A DNA stretch of 60,938 nucleotides from Acidimicrobiales bacterium (GCA_046596195.1 JBKJNA010000215.1:1-60938), one strand, 5' to 3'; positions 10,027 through 20,501 are shown, numbered from the stretch's first letter. Made by a program: numbers and translations. The notes: generated by a model not told the origin, from the letters alone.

Positions 10027-10713
10027 ATGAACAGCGACGGCCGGCTTCCCCGCTTCCCGGCACCGACGGCACCCTTTCTTTTCCTCCCACCACCGCGTGC
10101 ATGCGACGTGTGGGTGCTTCCCGACAGCCTTGCGAAGGATGCGCGCCCGGCCGATCGGCGCGAGCGCAGATACCGCCTGAGGCGGGCCCTCGACAACCTT
10201 GTGCAGGCGTACCTCGCCACCGACGACGCGTCGATCGACCGGACCTGCGCTCGCTGCGGCGGGCCACACGGCAAGCCCCGGGTCCGTGTCGGCGGCCATC
10301 CTTCGCTGCTGCGGGTGAGCGTCGCCCACTCCGACGACATCGCCTTGTTCGCCTTCTCCGGACAGGCCGACATCGGCGTCGACGTGGAGGTCGTGCGGCC
10401 GGGCTTCGACTGGTCTCCCCTGCTCGACACCGTCTTCTCCGTCGCCGAGCAGCGTGAGACCGAGTCGTCGGAACCCGACGCCGCCTCGCGTCGGCGTCGC
10501 TACTACGAGCGGTGGGTTGCCAAGGAGGCCGTCCTCAAGGCGATGGGGGTGGGCCTGGCCGGGCCCGTCATCGAGGTCGACACCACGGGTGGGCCGGACA
10601 CGAGCTGGAACGGATGGGCCGTGCGGACACTGCCGCTCGGCCCCGACGTGGTCGGCGCCCTTGCATGCGCGGAGCGGCCGGAGACGATACGGCTGTTGAC
10701 CGCCACGGCCTGA
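10027..10713 (+). CDS. Sfp-type 4'-phosphopantetheinyl transferase
   Basis: Motifs HGKPRV, VSVAHS, IGVDVE and WVAKEAVLKAMGVGL. Confidence 0.9.
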   Translation: MNSDGRLPRFPAPTAPFLFLPPPRACDVWVLPDSLAKDARPADRRERRYRLRRALDNLVQAYLATDDASIDRTCARCGGPHGKPRVRVGGHPSLLRVSVAHSDDIALFAFSGQADIGVDVEVVRPGFDWSPLLDTVFSVAEQRETESSEPDAASRRRRYYERWVAKEAVLKAMGVGLAGPVIEVDTTGGPDTSWNGWAVRTLPLGPDVVGALACAERPETIRLLTATA

Positions 10714-10716
10714 CCA

Positions 10717-11955
10717 TCAGGTGCTCCGGACAGGACCTGCCGCCAGATCATTGTCCGCCTGGAGGTACGACAGGGCCACCCCGGCATGGAGCGCTATGCC
10801 CGTCGCCATCGCCGCCTCGTCGATCATCATCGCCCCTGAGTGATTCGGCGCCCCCTGTTCGACACCCGGCGGCAGGCTGCCCAGGGCAACCATGGCGCCG
10901 GGAACACGGGCGAGGAGGTAGGCGAAGTCGTCGGACGACATCACGGGCCGGTCCCAGACGTGGACGAACCGCTCTCCGATGACGTCCCTGGCCACGTCGA
11001 TGACCCAGCGGGTGAAGTCGGTGTCGTTGACCAGCGGCGGGTAGCCCTCCTCCACCACCACGTCGGCAACGAGCTCATGGGCCGAGGCCACGCCCTCGAG
11101 CACCCGGCGGACACCGCGCAACATGGCGGCACGCGCCGTTGCGGACAGCGCCCGCACCGTCCCCTCCATGGTGACGGAGTCCGGGATGACGCCGTCACCG
11201 GTGCCGGCATCCAACCGGGTGATGGAGAGCACCGCCGGGTCGGCCGGGTCGACTCGACGGGCCACGAAGCTCTGCAGGGCCAGGACGGCCTCGCATGCGG
11301 CGGGCACGGGATCGAGGGATTGCTCCGGTGCGCATGCGTGGCCCCCCCGGCCGCGCATCGTGATCCTCAACGTGTCGGACGAGGCCAGGAACGGACCCGG
11401 GAGACACCCCACATGACCACTGAGAGAGGTGGGGAGCGAGTGGATGGCGAAGGCGGCGCCCACGGGCGGCGCATCGAGCACGCCCTCCTCCAGCATCACC
11501 TTGGCGCCGTGGTGGCCCTCCTCGCCGGGCTGGAACATGAAGCGCACCGTCCCGGCCAGGTCGCCCCGGTGCCGGGCCAGCAGGCGGGCCGCCCCCACCA
11601 GCATCGCGATATGGGCGTCGTGCCCGCAGGCGTGCATGATGCCGTCGCGCTCGGACGCAAAGTCGAGCCCGGTCGCCTCGTGCTGCGCCAACGCATCCAT
11701 GTCGGCCCGGAGCAGGATCGTGGGACCGGGCGCCGAGCCTTCGAGGGTGGCCACCACCGACGAGATCCGCGACCCGACGACGACGTCGACCGGGATGCCC
11801 ACCAGCTCGTCGACGACGGCCTGCTGGGTACGGGGCAGGTCCAGGCCCAGCTCGGGCCAGCGATGGATGCGCCGGCGCAGGTCCACGGCATCCGACAGCA
11901 CCTCGAGGGCCTCCGCCCGCAACTGCTCACCCGACGGACCAGATCTCATCGGCAT
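10717..11955 (-). CDS. M20D-family amidohydrolase (hippuricase/AmaA-like)
   Basis: Motifs LRADMDAL, MHACGHDAH, FQPGEEG, GGH and a C-terminal NHS. Confidence 0.92.
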   Translation of the reverse strand: MPMRSGPSGEQLRAEALEVLSDAVDLRRRIHRWPELGLDLPRTQQAVVDELVGIPVDVVVGSRISSVVATLEGSAPGPTILLRADMDALAQHEATGLDFASERDGIMHACGHDAHIAMLVGAARLLARHRGDLAGTVRFMFQPGEEGHHGAKVMLEEGVLDAPPVGAAFAIHSLPTSLSGHVGCLPGPFLASSDTLRITMRGRGGHACAPEQSLDPVPAACEAVLALQSFVARRVDPADPAVLSITRLDAGTGDGVIPDSVTMEGTVRALSATARAAMLRGVRRVLEGVASAHELVADVVVEEGYPPLVNDTDFTRWVIDVARDVIGERFVHVWDRPVMSSDDFAYLLARVPGAMVALGSLPPGVEQGAPNHSGAMMIDEAAMATGIALHAGVALSYLQADNDLAAGPVRST

Positions 11956-12046
11956 CGGCCTCCCGCCTCGATTCCACCGGCCGCCGCCGTGGCCGCGAAC
12001 GCTACCCTGCGGCCGGAAACCGATCGATCACGGACGGGAGGTCGCC

Positions 12047-13225
12047 GTGCGGGTGCTGTTCACGTGTGCCGCCGGCTATGGCCATCTCCACCCGAAGCTG
12101 CCCCTCGCCGGCGCCCTTGTTCACTCGGGCCACGACGTCGCCTTCGCCATCCCCGAGCGCTTCTGCCCCCGCGTGCGCGACGCCGGCTTCACCGCCTTCC
12201 CGGCCGGGCCCGACGGCCCCGCCCTCGCCGACCAGGTTCGCCGCCGGTTCCCCGAGGGCGCCGACCTCGCTCCAGAGGAGCGACTGCGTTTCGCCTTCAC
12301 CAACATCATCAGGATCGCCGTGCCGGCGGTGCTGACCGACCTGGTGCCGCTGATAAAGGCCTGGGCGCCCGACCTTCTCATTCACGACCCGTCGGACTGG
12401 GCCGCGCCCGTCGCCGCCCACGCGACCGGCACCGTCTACGTCAACCAGAGCTGGGGGCCTCTCCTACCCCGAGCGGACCTTGACCTGGCCGCGGCCGCCG
12501 TTGCGCCCATCTGGGATACGTGGGGCCTGCCTGCGCAGGAGCTCGGGGGGATGTTCGGGCACCTGTACCTCGACCTGTGCCCGCCGAGCTTCCAGGCACC
12601 GCACGCCGCCGATCTCGGCGTAGCCCGCCAGCTCCTGCGGCCCGTCCCCTTCGACGCCGTCGGCGACGAGCACCTGCCGCCGTGGGTGGAGGCGCTGCCC
12701 GATCTCCCCACCGTCTACGTGACGCTCGGCACCTGGTTCAACCTCGAGACCGGGGTGTTCGACACGATCCTCGACGGCCTGCGCGAGGAGCCAGTCAACG
12801 TGGTGGTGACCGTCGGCCACGCCAACGACCCCGCCACCTTCGGCCCCCAGCCGGGCAACGTGCACCTCGAGCGCTACATCCCGGTCTCGCTGTTACTCCC
12901 CCACTGCGACGTGGTCGTCGGCCACGGCGGAGCCGGTTCCACGCTGGCGGCGCTGAGCCACGGGCTCCCGCTGCTCGTCCTGCCTCGCGGCGCCGACCAG
13001 TTCCACAACGCCGAACGCTGCATGGCGTGCGGCGTCGGCCGGTGCCTGCCTCCTCCCGAGCTGCACCCAGATGCGGTGCGGCGCGACGTACGTGCACTGC
13101 TCCGTGAGCCTGAGTTCCGCCGGGCCGCCGGAGCAATGCGCGATGAGATCGCCGCCATGCCGTCGCCGCTCGAGGTCGTCCCCGCGCTGGAGCGCCTGAC
13201 CGGAAAGGCCAGGCGCTCCAGGTAG
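12047..13225 (+). CDS. GT1 glycosyltransferase (MGT/EryCIII-like)
   Basis: GTG after a GGGAGG SD; motifs RVLFT...GYGHLHP, VYVTLGT, HGGAGS and PRGADQFHNA. Confidence 0.92.
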   Translation: MRVLFTCAAGYGHLHPKLPLAGALVHSGHDVAFAIPERFCPRVRDAGFTAFPAGPDGPALADQVRRRFPEGADLAPEERLRFAFTNIIRIAVPAVLTDLVPLIKAWAPDLLIHDPSDWAAPVAAHATGTVYVNQSWGPLLPRADLDLAAAAVAPIWDTWGLPAQELGGMFGHLYLDLCPPSFQAPHAADLGVARQLLRPVPFDAVGDEHLPPWVEALPDLPTVYVTLGTWFNLETGVFDTILDGLREEPVNVVVTVGHANDPATFGPQPGNVHLERYIPVSLLLPHCDVVVGHGGAGSTLAALSHGLPLLVLPRGADQFHNAERCMACGVGRCLPPPELHPDAVRRDVRALLREPEFRRAAGAMRDEIAAMPSPLEVVPALERLTGKARRSR

Positions 13226-13259
13226 GACAACCGCTGTATCGCCGCCGGGGCGGCATAGA

Positions 13260-15230
13260 TCACATGCCGAGCGGGATCCTCGCAACCTTGTTCCCGGTGT
13301 ACTCGGCCACCCAGATGGCGTCCGGCCCCGCAGCGAGGCCCGCCGGGCCGCTGTTGACGGTGGCGAGCGGGAACTCGGTCACCACCCCTGTGGTCGGCGA
13401 GTAGCGGGCCACATGGCCGGTCTCCTCGGTGATCCACAGGTTGCCGTCAGGCCCGCTCGTGATCTGGTGCGGGATGACGTTGGGGAACAACACGGGCAGC
13501 TCGGTGATGACGCCGCTCATGGTGATCCGGGCGATCCTGGCCCGGTCGGTGGCGGCCCCGGTGGACAGCCTGGCTCCATACTCCTCGGTGAAGTACAGGT
13601 CGTTGCCGGTGGGGCCGACGGTGAGGCCGTGTGGCCGGCTGGCCGCCCGGAAGTCCTTCGAGAAGCCCTTGCCTTCCAGTACCGGCGTGGGGAACTCGTC
13701 GATCTGGCCGGTCATGGGGTCGAGGCGGCCGATGGCGTAACCGTTGAGCTCGGTGAACCAGACCTTCCCGTCGGCGGTGACGGCCATGGTGTCGGGCCCG
13801 GCGTTCGGGGTGGGGACGTTGTACTCGGTGAGCTGGCCATCCAGGGTGAGGTGGCCGATCCGGTTCCCCAGCAACTCGCTGAACCACACGCTGCCGTCGG
13901 GTGCGGTGGTGATGTGGTGCGGGTCCGACCCGGCGATGGGAAGCGGGTACTCGTTGAGGTAGACGCCTTCGGGGGACAGCACGGCGATCTTGTCGGTCAT
14001 CGCCTCGGTGACCCAGATGTTGCCGTCACCCCCGATGGTGAGGACGCAGGGCATGCTGTGCTCGGTGGGCGTGGGGTAATGGGTGATCTCACCCGTGGAC
14101 GGCCGCAGGCGCCCGACTCCGTTGGTGTCCATCTCGGCGAACCAGATGTCGCCGTTGGGGTGGACAGCGACGGAGGACGGCCCGCTGCGCACGCCGTTGA
14201 CCATGCCGGCGTCGTACTCCGTGGCGGCGTAGGTGGGCATCAGCATGGCCGGGTCGAGGCGGGCCAGCTTGTTGGAGTAGAAGCCCCCGAACCACATGGC
14301 GTTGTCAGGCCCGCGCACGATTCCGGTGGGGAACGACCCGGCCCTCGACAGCGGGAACTCGGTGATCGTGCCCGTGGGCGTGACCCGGCCCACCTTGTCG
14401 ATCGCGGTGTACCACAGGTTGCCGTCCGGCCCGGCCGCGATCTGGTGGGGGTCGCTGCCCGTCTGGGGGACGGGGAACTCGGTGACGACGCCGGCCAGGG
14501 TCATGCGGGCGACCTTGTTGGCGCTCTCCTCGACGAACCAGATGTTCCCGTCGGGACCGACGGTGATGCCGTGCGGGTGGCTGGCGGCCGTGGGCACCAT
14601 GAACTCCGTGATGCTGCCCCCGGTGGTGATACGCCCGATCTTGCCCGACCCGTTCTCAGAGAACCACATGGCGCCGTCCGGCCCGGCGACGATCGAGTCG
14701 GGGTTGCTGTTCCTGGTGGGGATCGTGAACTCCGTGACGGCACCGGCCGTGGTGACCCGCGCGATCTTCCCGGCGCCGAACTCGGTGACCCACAGGTTGC
14801 CGTCGGGGCCGGCGGCGATGCCGTGGGGGCCGCTCTGACCACCCATCCTGAATTCGGAGATGGCACCGGTGGACGGGTTGAGCCTCCCGACCTTGTGGGC
14901 CAACGTCTCGGTGAACCAGATGTTGCCGTCCGACCCGGCGGCGATGCCCCGGGGGCTGGCCCCGGCCGTGGGGATGGCGTACTCCGTCATCATCCCCGAC
15001 GTGGTGCTGCGGGCGATCTTGTTGGAATCACGCTCGGCGAACCACAGCTCGCCCTGGCGCACGGTTATGGCCGAGGGGCCGGCGAACATCGTGGGGATCG
15101 GGTACTCGCTGAGCCCCGGGTAGACCGACGTCGTCGCCGCTCCCGACGGGAGGCTCGGCAGGGCACCGACCGCCACCACCAGACCGACCCCGAAGGCTGC
15201 AAAGCGCTTCTTCGCTACCAGTTTGGACAT
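13260..15230 (-). CDS. Secreted protein with two tandem Vgb-like beta-propellers
   Basis: Signal peptide followed by about 14 GPDG(N/A)(L/M/I)W(F/V)TE-type repeats. Confidence 0.87.
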   Translation of the reverse strand: MSKLVAKKRFAAFGVGLVVAVGALPSLPSGAATTSVYPGLSEYPIPTMFAGPSAITVRQGELWFAERDSNKIARSTTSGMMTEYAIPTAGASPRGIAAGSDGNIWFTETLAHKVGRLNPSTGAISEFRMGGQSGPHGIAAGPDGNLWVTEFGAGKIARVTTAGAVTEFTIPTRNSNPDSIVAGPDGAMWFSENGSGKIGRITTGGSITEFMVPTAASHPHGITVGPDGNIWFVEESANKVARMTLAGVVTEFPVPQTGSDPHQIAAGPDGNLWYTAIDKVGRVTPTGTITEFPLSRAGSFPTGIVRGPDNAMWFGGFYSNKLARLDPAMLMPTYAATEYDAGMVNGVRSGPSSVAVHPNGDIWFAEMDTNGVGRLRPSTGEITHYPTPTEHSMPCVLTIGGDGNIWVTEAMTDKIAVLSPEGVYLNEYPLPIAGSDPHHITTAPDGSVWFSELLGNRIGHLTLDGQLTEYNVPTPNAGPDTMAVTADGKVWFTELNGYAIGRLDPMTGQIDEFPTPVLEGKGFSKDFRAASRPHGLTVGPTGNDLYFTEEYGARLSTGAATDRARIARITMSGVITELPVLFPNVIPHQITSGPDGNLWITEETGHVARYSPTTGVVTEFPLATVNSGPAGLAAGPDAIWVAEYTGNKVARIPLGM

Positions 15231-15355
15231 GGAGCTGCGCCCTCGTCCCGTCAAAATGTCCCCCTCGCGTGCTCGCGGGCGCGCCGGCCACACGAGCAAG
15301 TAGTTGATGAGGCCTTTATACTAACGCAGCCATGCCCGAAACGGGGAAAGATCAC

Positions 15356-15478
15356 GTGACCGCCACCAACGGGTCCGAATGGGAGCTGGTGGCCGAGACA
15401 ATCCAGGTTCTTGCCGCCGATGAGGGGGGGAGCCGTGATCCCCGGGAGCGGCCGGCACCTCATCCGCACGGGCACTGA
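15356..15478 (+). CDS. Candidate small peptide upstream of lanB (possible leader or precursor)
   Basis: GTG after GGGGAAAG; 40 aa VTATNGSEWELVAETIQVLAADEGGSRDPRERPAPHPHGH; same strand as lanB and 69 bp upstream of it. It is below the ORF-track cutoff. Confidence 0.3.
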   Translation: MTATNGSEWELVAETIQVLAADEGGSRDPRERPAPHPHGH

Positions 15479-15547
15479 CCTGATTCACCGCCCGAGGACG
15501 CGCCTCCCCGGCGCCGCTGCGCCCGGTACCCCCGACCCACGAAGGCT

Positions 15548-18500
15548 GTGACTCCGCAGCTCTCGCCGTCGGGATTCTTCGTCCTGCGCACACCGCTTCT
15601 CCCGTACGAGGAGCTGGCGGCATGGGGCGACGGCCTGTCGCGCGCGGGGGGTGGCGACATCTCCGACCGGCAACTTGCCGCCGACCGCACACGACTTCGG
15701 CGCCGCCTCCAGGCCCTCGTCCAGCGTCCGGACGTGCGCGAGGCGCTGTTCCTCGGCTCGCCCGACCTGGAGGGCTCGCTGGATGTCTGGCTCCGGGACC
15801 CCGACTCCGAACGCGGGACCGGGATAGAGCGGGCCTTGGTGAGGTACCTGGTACGCATGGCATCGCGGCCCACCCCATTCGGGTTGTTCGCCGGCGTGTC
15901 ATCGGGCCGCATCGGCCAACGCACCACGCTCACCGTCGACGGGCGGGACCGCTACCGGCGCCACACGCGCGTTGACACCTCCTGCCTCGTCGCCCTGGCA
16001 CGCGACGTCGCCACCGCTCCCGGTGCCGAGCGCCATCTCGCCCTCGTGCCGAACCCCCTTCTCTACCGTTGGGCGGGCGGTTTCCGCTGGGCCCGGTCGT
16101 GCTCGGGCGCAGCAGGGGGCAAGGCCCTGATGGCCCTGCCCGGCACAGCCCTCCTGCGCTCCGCCCTGGCGCTGGCCGCGGGCGGCACGACGGCTGAACA
16201 GCTCGCGGCCGCACTTGCTGCGGGCGGCGGACCGGCGGAGCGTGCCCACCGGTTCGTCGACGAGCTGGTCGCACTCGAGGTGCTCGTACCCGCTCTCGGC
16301 GTCGTCGTCACGGGACGCGAGCCGATCGAGGCGCTCGTCGAACAGCTCGAAGCGTCGGCGCCCACCAGTGACGCGACGCGGCGCCTCCGGGGTGTCGCCG
16401 ACGGGCTGGCCGAACTCGACGGGGCAGGCTTGGGTGCAGCGCCCGAGCGCTATCACCGGTTGGCCCGCATGCTGGCCGAGGCGGGTGCCGCTGGTTCGGC
16501 GGGGATGTTCCACGTCGACCTGGTCAAGGCAGGCGAGGGCGCGACGTTGGGTGGCCAGGTGCTCGACGAGATCCGCCGCGGAGTGGCGCTGCTGCACCGC
16601 ATCTCGCGTCCCAGGCCGCCCGGCGACCTCGACCGCTTCCGGGACGCGTTCGAGCGGAGGTACGAGGGCCGGGAGGTCCCGCTGCTGGAGGCACTGGATG
16701 GTGACGCGGGCGTGGGGTTCGGTCCGTCGGTGTCGTCCGCGCCACTGCTCACCGGGCTGACCTTTCCAGCGGTCGGCGCCGGGGTCACCACCACGCACGC
16801 GGACGAGCTCCTGCTCGCGCGCCTGCTCTCGGCCGCCGGGGGGAAGGAGACGGAGGTCGTCCTGGACGGCGCCGACGTCGACGCCATGGCGACCGGGGCG
16901 GCCGACGTCCCGCTCCCCGGCGCCTTTGCCGTTCTCGCCTCCGTCGAGGCAGCCGGCCAGGAGGCGTTGGACCGTGGAGATTTCCGCGTCTTCGTCCGGG
17001 CCATGGGAGGTCCGTCGGGAGCGTGGCTCCTCGGACGCTTCTGCCACGCCGACGCCACCATCCGCGCCCACGTCGAGGACCACCTGAGGTCAGAGGAGGC
17101 ACAGGACGGCGGAGCGGTGTGGGCCGAGGTCGCCCACCTGCCGGACGGCGCGTATGCCAACGTGGTGGTGCGGCCGGTCCTGCGACCGTACGAGATCCCG
17201 TGCTTCGGGAGGTCCGGCGCCCCGGACGACCGCCAGCTGGCGTTGGACGACCTCCTGGTGTCACTCGTCGGCGGTCGGGTGGTGCTGCGATCGCGCCGGC
17301 TGGGACGGCGGGTGATCCCGAGGATCACGACGGCCCACGACTTCGCCCGCCCGGGGCCGCCCGCGTACCGGTTCCTGGCGGCACTCCAGGTGCAGGGCGT
17401 CACCGCCGGGCTGACGTGGACCTGGGGAGCGCTGACGAGTGCCCCGTTCCTGCCCCGCGTTCGCCACGGCAGGGTGGTCCTGTCCCTCGCCCGCTGGAAC
17501 ATCAGCCGTGCCGAACTGGGCCTGCTGCGCGGCCTCAGCGCAGCGGACCTCGTCCGCCATCTCCACCGGTGGCGGTCGCAGCGGGGGATCCCGCGCCTGG
17601 TGTCGCTGGCCGACGGAGATGCGACCCTGCTCGTCGACTTCGAGAACGTGCTGTCGGCCGAGTCCTTCGCCCACCTCGTCAGAGGTCGTGACCACGCCGT
17701 GGTCGAGGAGGTCTTCCCTTCACCGGACCGGTTGTGCGCCACCGGGCCCGACGGGTCGTTCCTGCACGAGCTGGTCGTCCCCTTCCTCTCCTCGTCGCCC
17801 CCACCTTCGGACAGTGCGCGACCGGAGGTGGCCGCGTCCGTGCGCAGGAGCTTTCCACCGGGCTCGGATTGGGTCTCGGCCAAGCTCTACGCCGGCCCGT
17901 CCACGGTGGACGGGCTCCTGCGAGACGTCATCGAGCCGCTCAGGCGGGAGCTGCTGGGGTCGGGCCGGGCCGACGGCTGGTTCTTCGTGCGCTACGGCGA
18001 TCCGAACTGGCACCTGCGGGCTCGGTTCCACGCCGGACCGGCGGGCGACGGGCGGCAGCTCCTCGACGGGATCTCCGGCGCCCTCGCCGTCGCCCTCGAC
18101 TCCGGCCGGGTCTGGCGGCTCCAGCTCGACACGTACGAGCGGGAGGTCGAGCGGTACGGCGGCGCCCAGGGCATGGCGCTGGCCGAGGAGATGTTCGCCG
18201 TCGACAGCGACGCCGTGATGGAGCTGCTGCACCGGATCCCCAAGGGTGATGCAGGCGCCGAGGACCGCTGGATGATAGCGATGCGAGGGGTCGACCAGCT
18301 GCTCGACGACCTCGGGCTGCTTGGCGCCGGCAAGCTGGCGGTCCTGAAGCGAGGCCGGGACATCTACGCCAGGGAGCACCGGGTCGACGGGAGGCTGGAG
18401 GAGCAGCTCAGCCGGCGCTTCCGCACGAATCGCCCCGCCCTGGAGGCCCTCCTCGAGCCGGCGGCCACACCAGTTGGCGCCCTCGGGGCGTGTGTCCAGG

Positions 18501-18730
18501 CCCTGCGCGAGCGGTCGCTGCGCATTGCCCCGCTGGCCGCCGCCCTGAGAGCCCTGGAGCGAGAGGGCGAGCTGAGCTGCAGCGTGGAGGACCTGGCCAC
18601 CAGCTACGTCCACCTCCACCTCAACCGGGTGCTCGCATCGGCGCACCGGGCCCAGGAGCTGGTGGTGTACGACTCCCTCCTGCGGCTCCACCGGTCGCGC
18701 ACCGCCCGGCAGCGGCCGGCCGAGCGCTAG
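15548..18730 (+). CDS. lanB: Full-length class I lanthipeptide-type dehydratase (glutamylation plus elimination domains)
   Basis: Motifs FVLRTPLLP, YLVRMASRPTPFGLFAG, GPSGAWLLGRF, FLPRV, WVSAKLY, WFFVRYGDP.WHLRARF, YEREVERYGG and SYVHLHLNR. Confidence 0.93.
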   Translation: MTPQLSPSGFFVLRTPLLPYEELAAWGDGLSRAGGGDISDRQLAADRTRLRRRLQALVQRPDVREALFLGSPDLEGSLDVWLRDPDSERGTGIERALVRYLVRMASRPTPFGLFAGVSSGRIGQRTTLTVDGRDRYRRHTRVDTSCLVALARDVATAPGAERHLALVPNPLLYRWAGGFRWARSCSGAAGGKALMALPGTALLRSALALAAGGTTAEQLAAALAAGGGPAERAHRFVDELVALEVLVPALGVVVTGREPIEALVEQLEASAPTSDATRRLRGVADGLAELDGAGLGAAPERYHRLARMLAEAGAAGSAGMFHVDLVKAGEGATLGGQVLDEIRRGVALLHRISRPRPPGDLDRFRDAFERRYEGREVPLLEALDGDAGVGFGPSVSSAPLLTGLTFPAVGAGVTTTHADELLLARLLSAAGGKETEVVLDGADVDAMATGAADVPLPGAFAVLASVEAAGQEALDRGDFRVFVRAMGGPSGAWLLGRFCHADATIRAHVEDHLRSEEAQDGGAVWAEVAHLPDGAYANVVVRPVLRPYEIPCFGRSGAPDDRQLALDDLLVSLVGGRVVLRSRRLGRRVIPRITTAHDFARPGPPAYRFLAALQVQGVTAGLTWTWGALTSAPFLPRVRHGRVVLSLARWNISRAELGLLRGLSAADLVRHLHRWRSQRGIPRLVSLADGDATLLVDFENVLSAESFAHLVRGRDHAVVEEVFPSPDRLCATGPDGSFLHELVVPFLSSSPPPSDSARPEVAASVRRSFPPGSDWVSAKLYAGPSTVDGLLRDVIEPLRRELLGSGRADGWFFVRYGDPNWHLRARFHAGPAGDGRQLLDGISGALAVALDSGRVWRLQLDTYEREVERYGGAQGMALAEEMFAVDSDAVMELLHRIPKGDAGAEDRWMIAMRGVDQLLDDLGLLGAGKLAVLKRGRDIYAREHRVDGRLEEQLSRRFRTNRPALEALLEPAATPVGALGACVQALRERSLRIAPLAAALRALEREGELSCSVEDLATSYVHLHLNRVLASAHRAQELVVYDSLLRLHRSRTARQRPAER

Positions 18731-18765
18731 CGAGGACGGTCGATGCCGGGAACGGGGCGCCGCTA

Positions 18766-19899
18766 CTACGACCCGAGAACGGCCTCGGGCTGGAGGGCGT
18801 CGCAGGCCGGACAGGCAGGCACCGGCAAGAGCGCCTCGCGGCGCACCTGCGACGTGCGAAGGTCGGCGACCAACACACCGCCGGTGGACACCGGGTTCTG
18901 AAAGCGGCCGACGCTGCGGAGCGCCTCCATGGAGACGAGGCCGGCCACAAGCGAGGCGAAGCCGGCCAGGAGCCCGGGCTCGGGGGCGATGCCGCCCTCG
19001 CCGAGCCATTGCTGGTAGGCGACATGCTCGTCGTAGTGGCGTATGTGTGACAGCCGGCGCTCGACCAGGCACTCGTGGCACCCGGGCGTGCCCGGCGTGA
19101 CACATGGCCCGACCACAGCGTCAAGCGCAGTTACCGAATGGAACAGGGAGACAACCCCCGCCGCCATGCACGCCCGGTTCGCCAGCGAAGCGGCCGCCCC
19201 GACCTCGTCGACCTCCACCACGACCAGGTCGACGTCGGTGGCGATCGACCCGACAGGATCGGTCGTAGAGCGCACGGCCGGGCGTGGCCGACGGCCGGGA
19301 CGCACGGCCACGCATTCCTCGGCCGTCACCTCGGACCTCGGTCTCCCCAGGTCGGACGGCACACCGGGCACGGCCCACTGGTCGCCCGGCGTGACCGCTG
19401 CCGCGTCCGCCAGGACCAACTCGCCGATGCCTGCTGCCGCCAGCTGGCGCGCCGCCAGCCGGCCCACCGGACCGAGCCCCACCACGGCCACGCGCGCCGC
19501 CGTGGTGGCCACCCGCACGGCAACGGGGCTGCGGCCCAGCTCGCTGACGACCTCATCGGTCGGCCCGCCGGCCCTACCCGCCGGCCAGCCAAACTCCTTG
19601 CCGTCTGCATCGGCGCCGTCCGATACGACGCCCTGGGAGTAGAGGTGTGCGATCAGGTCGGTCGCCGGTCCGGGCTCCAATTCCATGCGATCCACGAGGT
19701 CGGCCAGACTGCAGCCACCTTCGAGAGCGCCCAGCAGGCGCGGGCCGAAGTCGCCCACGCCGGGCCCGCCGACGCGCAGCACCCGCCCCGCGCTGCGCAG
19801 CTGGAGCATATCGGGGCCCATCGGGATGACACGGAAGAAGCCCGGCAGCATCGGCCGGGCCGGGATGGGGGCGACATCGTCTCCGCCGCCGGCCGTCAC
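18766..19899 (-). CDS. E1/ThiF-like leader-binding partner of YcaO (TOMM C protein) with an N-terminal RRE-like domain
   Basis: N-terminal winged-helix-like segment, VAVVGLGPVG, GCHECL and a C-terminal CPAC. Start overlaps the cupin stop (GTGA). Confidence 0.85.
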   Translation of the reverse strand: MTAGGGDDVAPIPARPMLPGFFRVIPMGPDMLQLRSAGRVLRVGGPGVGDFGPRLLGALEGGCSLADLVDRMELEPGPATDLIAHLYSQGVVSDGADADGKEFGWPAGRAGGPTDEVVSELGRSPVAVRVATTAARVAVVGLGPVGRLAARQLAAAGIGELVLADAAAVTPGDQWAVPGVPSDLGRPRSEVTAEECVAVRPGRRPRPAVRSTTDPVGSIATDVDLVVVEVDEVGAAASLANRACMAAGVVSLFHSVTALDAVVGPCVTPGTPGCHECLVERRLSHIRHYDEHVAYQQWLGEGGIAPEPGLLAGFASLVAGLVSMEALRSVGRFQNPVSTGGVLVADLRTSQVRREALLPVPACPACDALQPEAVLGS

Positions 19900-20501
19900 C
19901 GGCGGCCCGGGGCGGAGTCATAGGCGAGCGGCCCCGTGCCACGAGGTGCGTAGCCGGGGGGGAGGTAGAGGTTGAAACCCTCGGCCAACGGGTCGTCGGC
20001 GAACAGGTGGATGCACACAGACCACTCCAGGCCGGCGTTGGCGACGGCGTGGATGTCGGCCGGCGGCGGCCGGATCGGCATGACGTCCCCGGGGGCGTGC
20101 ACCACCCGTGCCACCTCGACGAGCATCGGCTCCCCTGGCAACAGCTGCGACGACGGCTCGTACCTGGTCTCCTCCTCCGTCCCCCGGTACACCCCGACGA
20201 CGCCCCAGCTGCCGTGGTCGTGGGCGGGCAACGAGAGGCCCGGCGCCGTGATGGTGGTGAAGACGGAAAAGTCCGGACCGGAGTGCAGGAGGTGCTTGCC
20301 GAACCCCGTCGCCGGGCGATCGGATGCAACGGCCTCGGGCAGCAGGTCCGGATCGGCGAGGGCGGCTGCGAGTACGGGGCACAGCGCCTCCGGCACCCCG
20401 TAGTCGCCGCTCCCCCGCTGCGCGGCCAGCACCCCGGCCACGGCACCGAAGAGGTGCTCGAGGCCGGGGGTGCTCGCTGTCTGCATGCTGACGGTCGCCA
20501 C
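19896..20501 (-). CDS. Cysteine dioxygenase-like cupin
   Basis: HDHGSWGVVGVYRGTEEETRY...DIHAVAN...IHLF, a 3-His CDO-type pattern. Confidence 0.82.
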   Translation of the reverse strand: MATVSMQTASTPGLEHLFGAVAGVLAAQRGSGDYGVPEALCPVLAAALADPDLLPEAVASDRPATGFGKHLLHSGPDFSVFTTITAPGLSLPAHDHGSWGVVGVYRGTEEETRYEPSSQLLPGEPMLVEVARVVHAPGDVMPIRPPPADIHAVANAGLEWSVCIHLFADDPLAEGFNLYLPPGYAPRGTGPLAYDSAPGRR

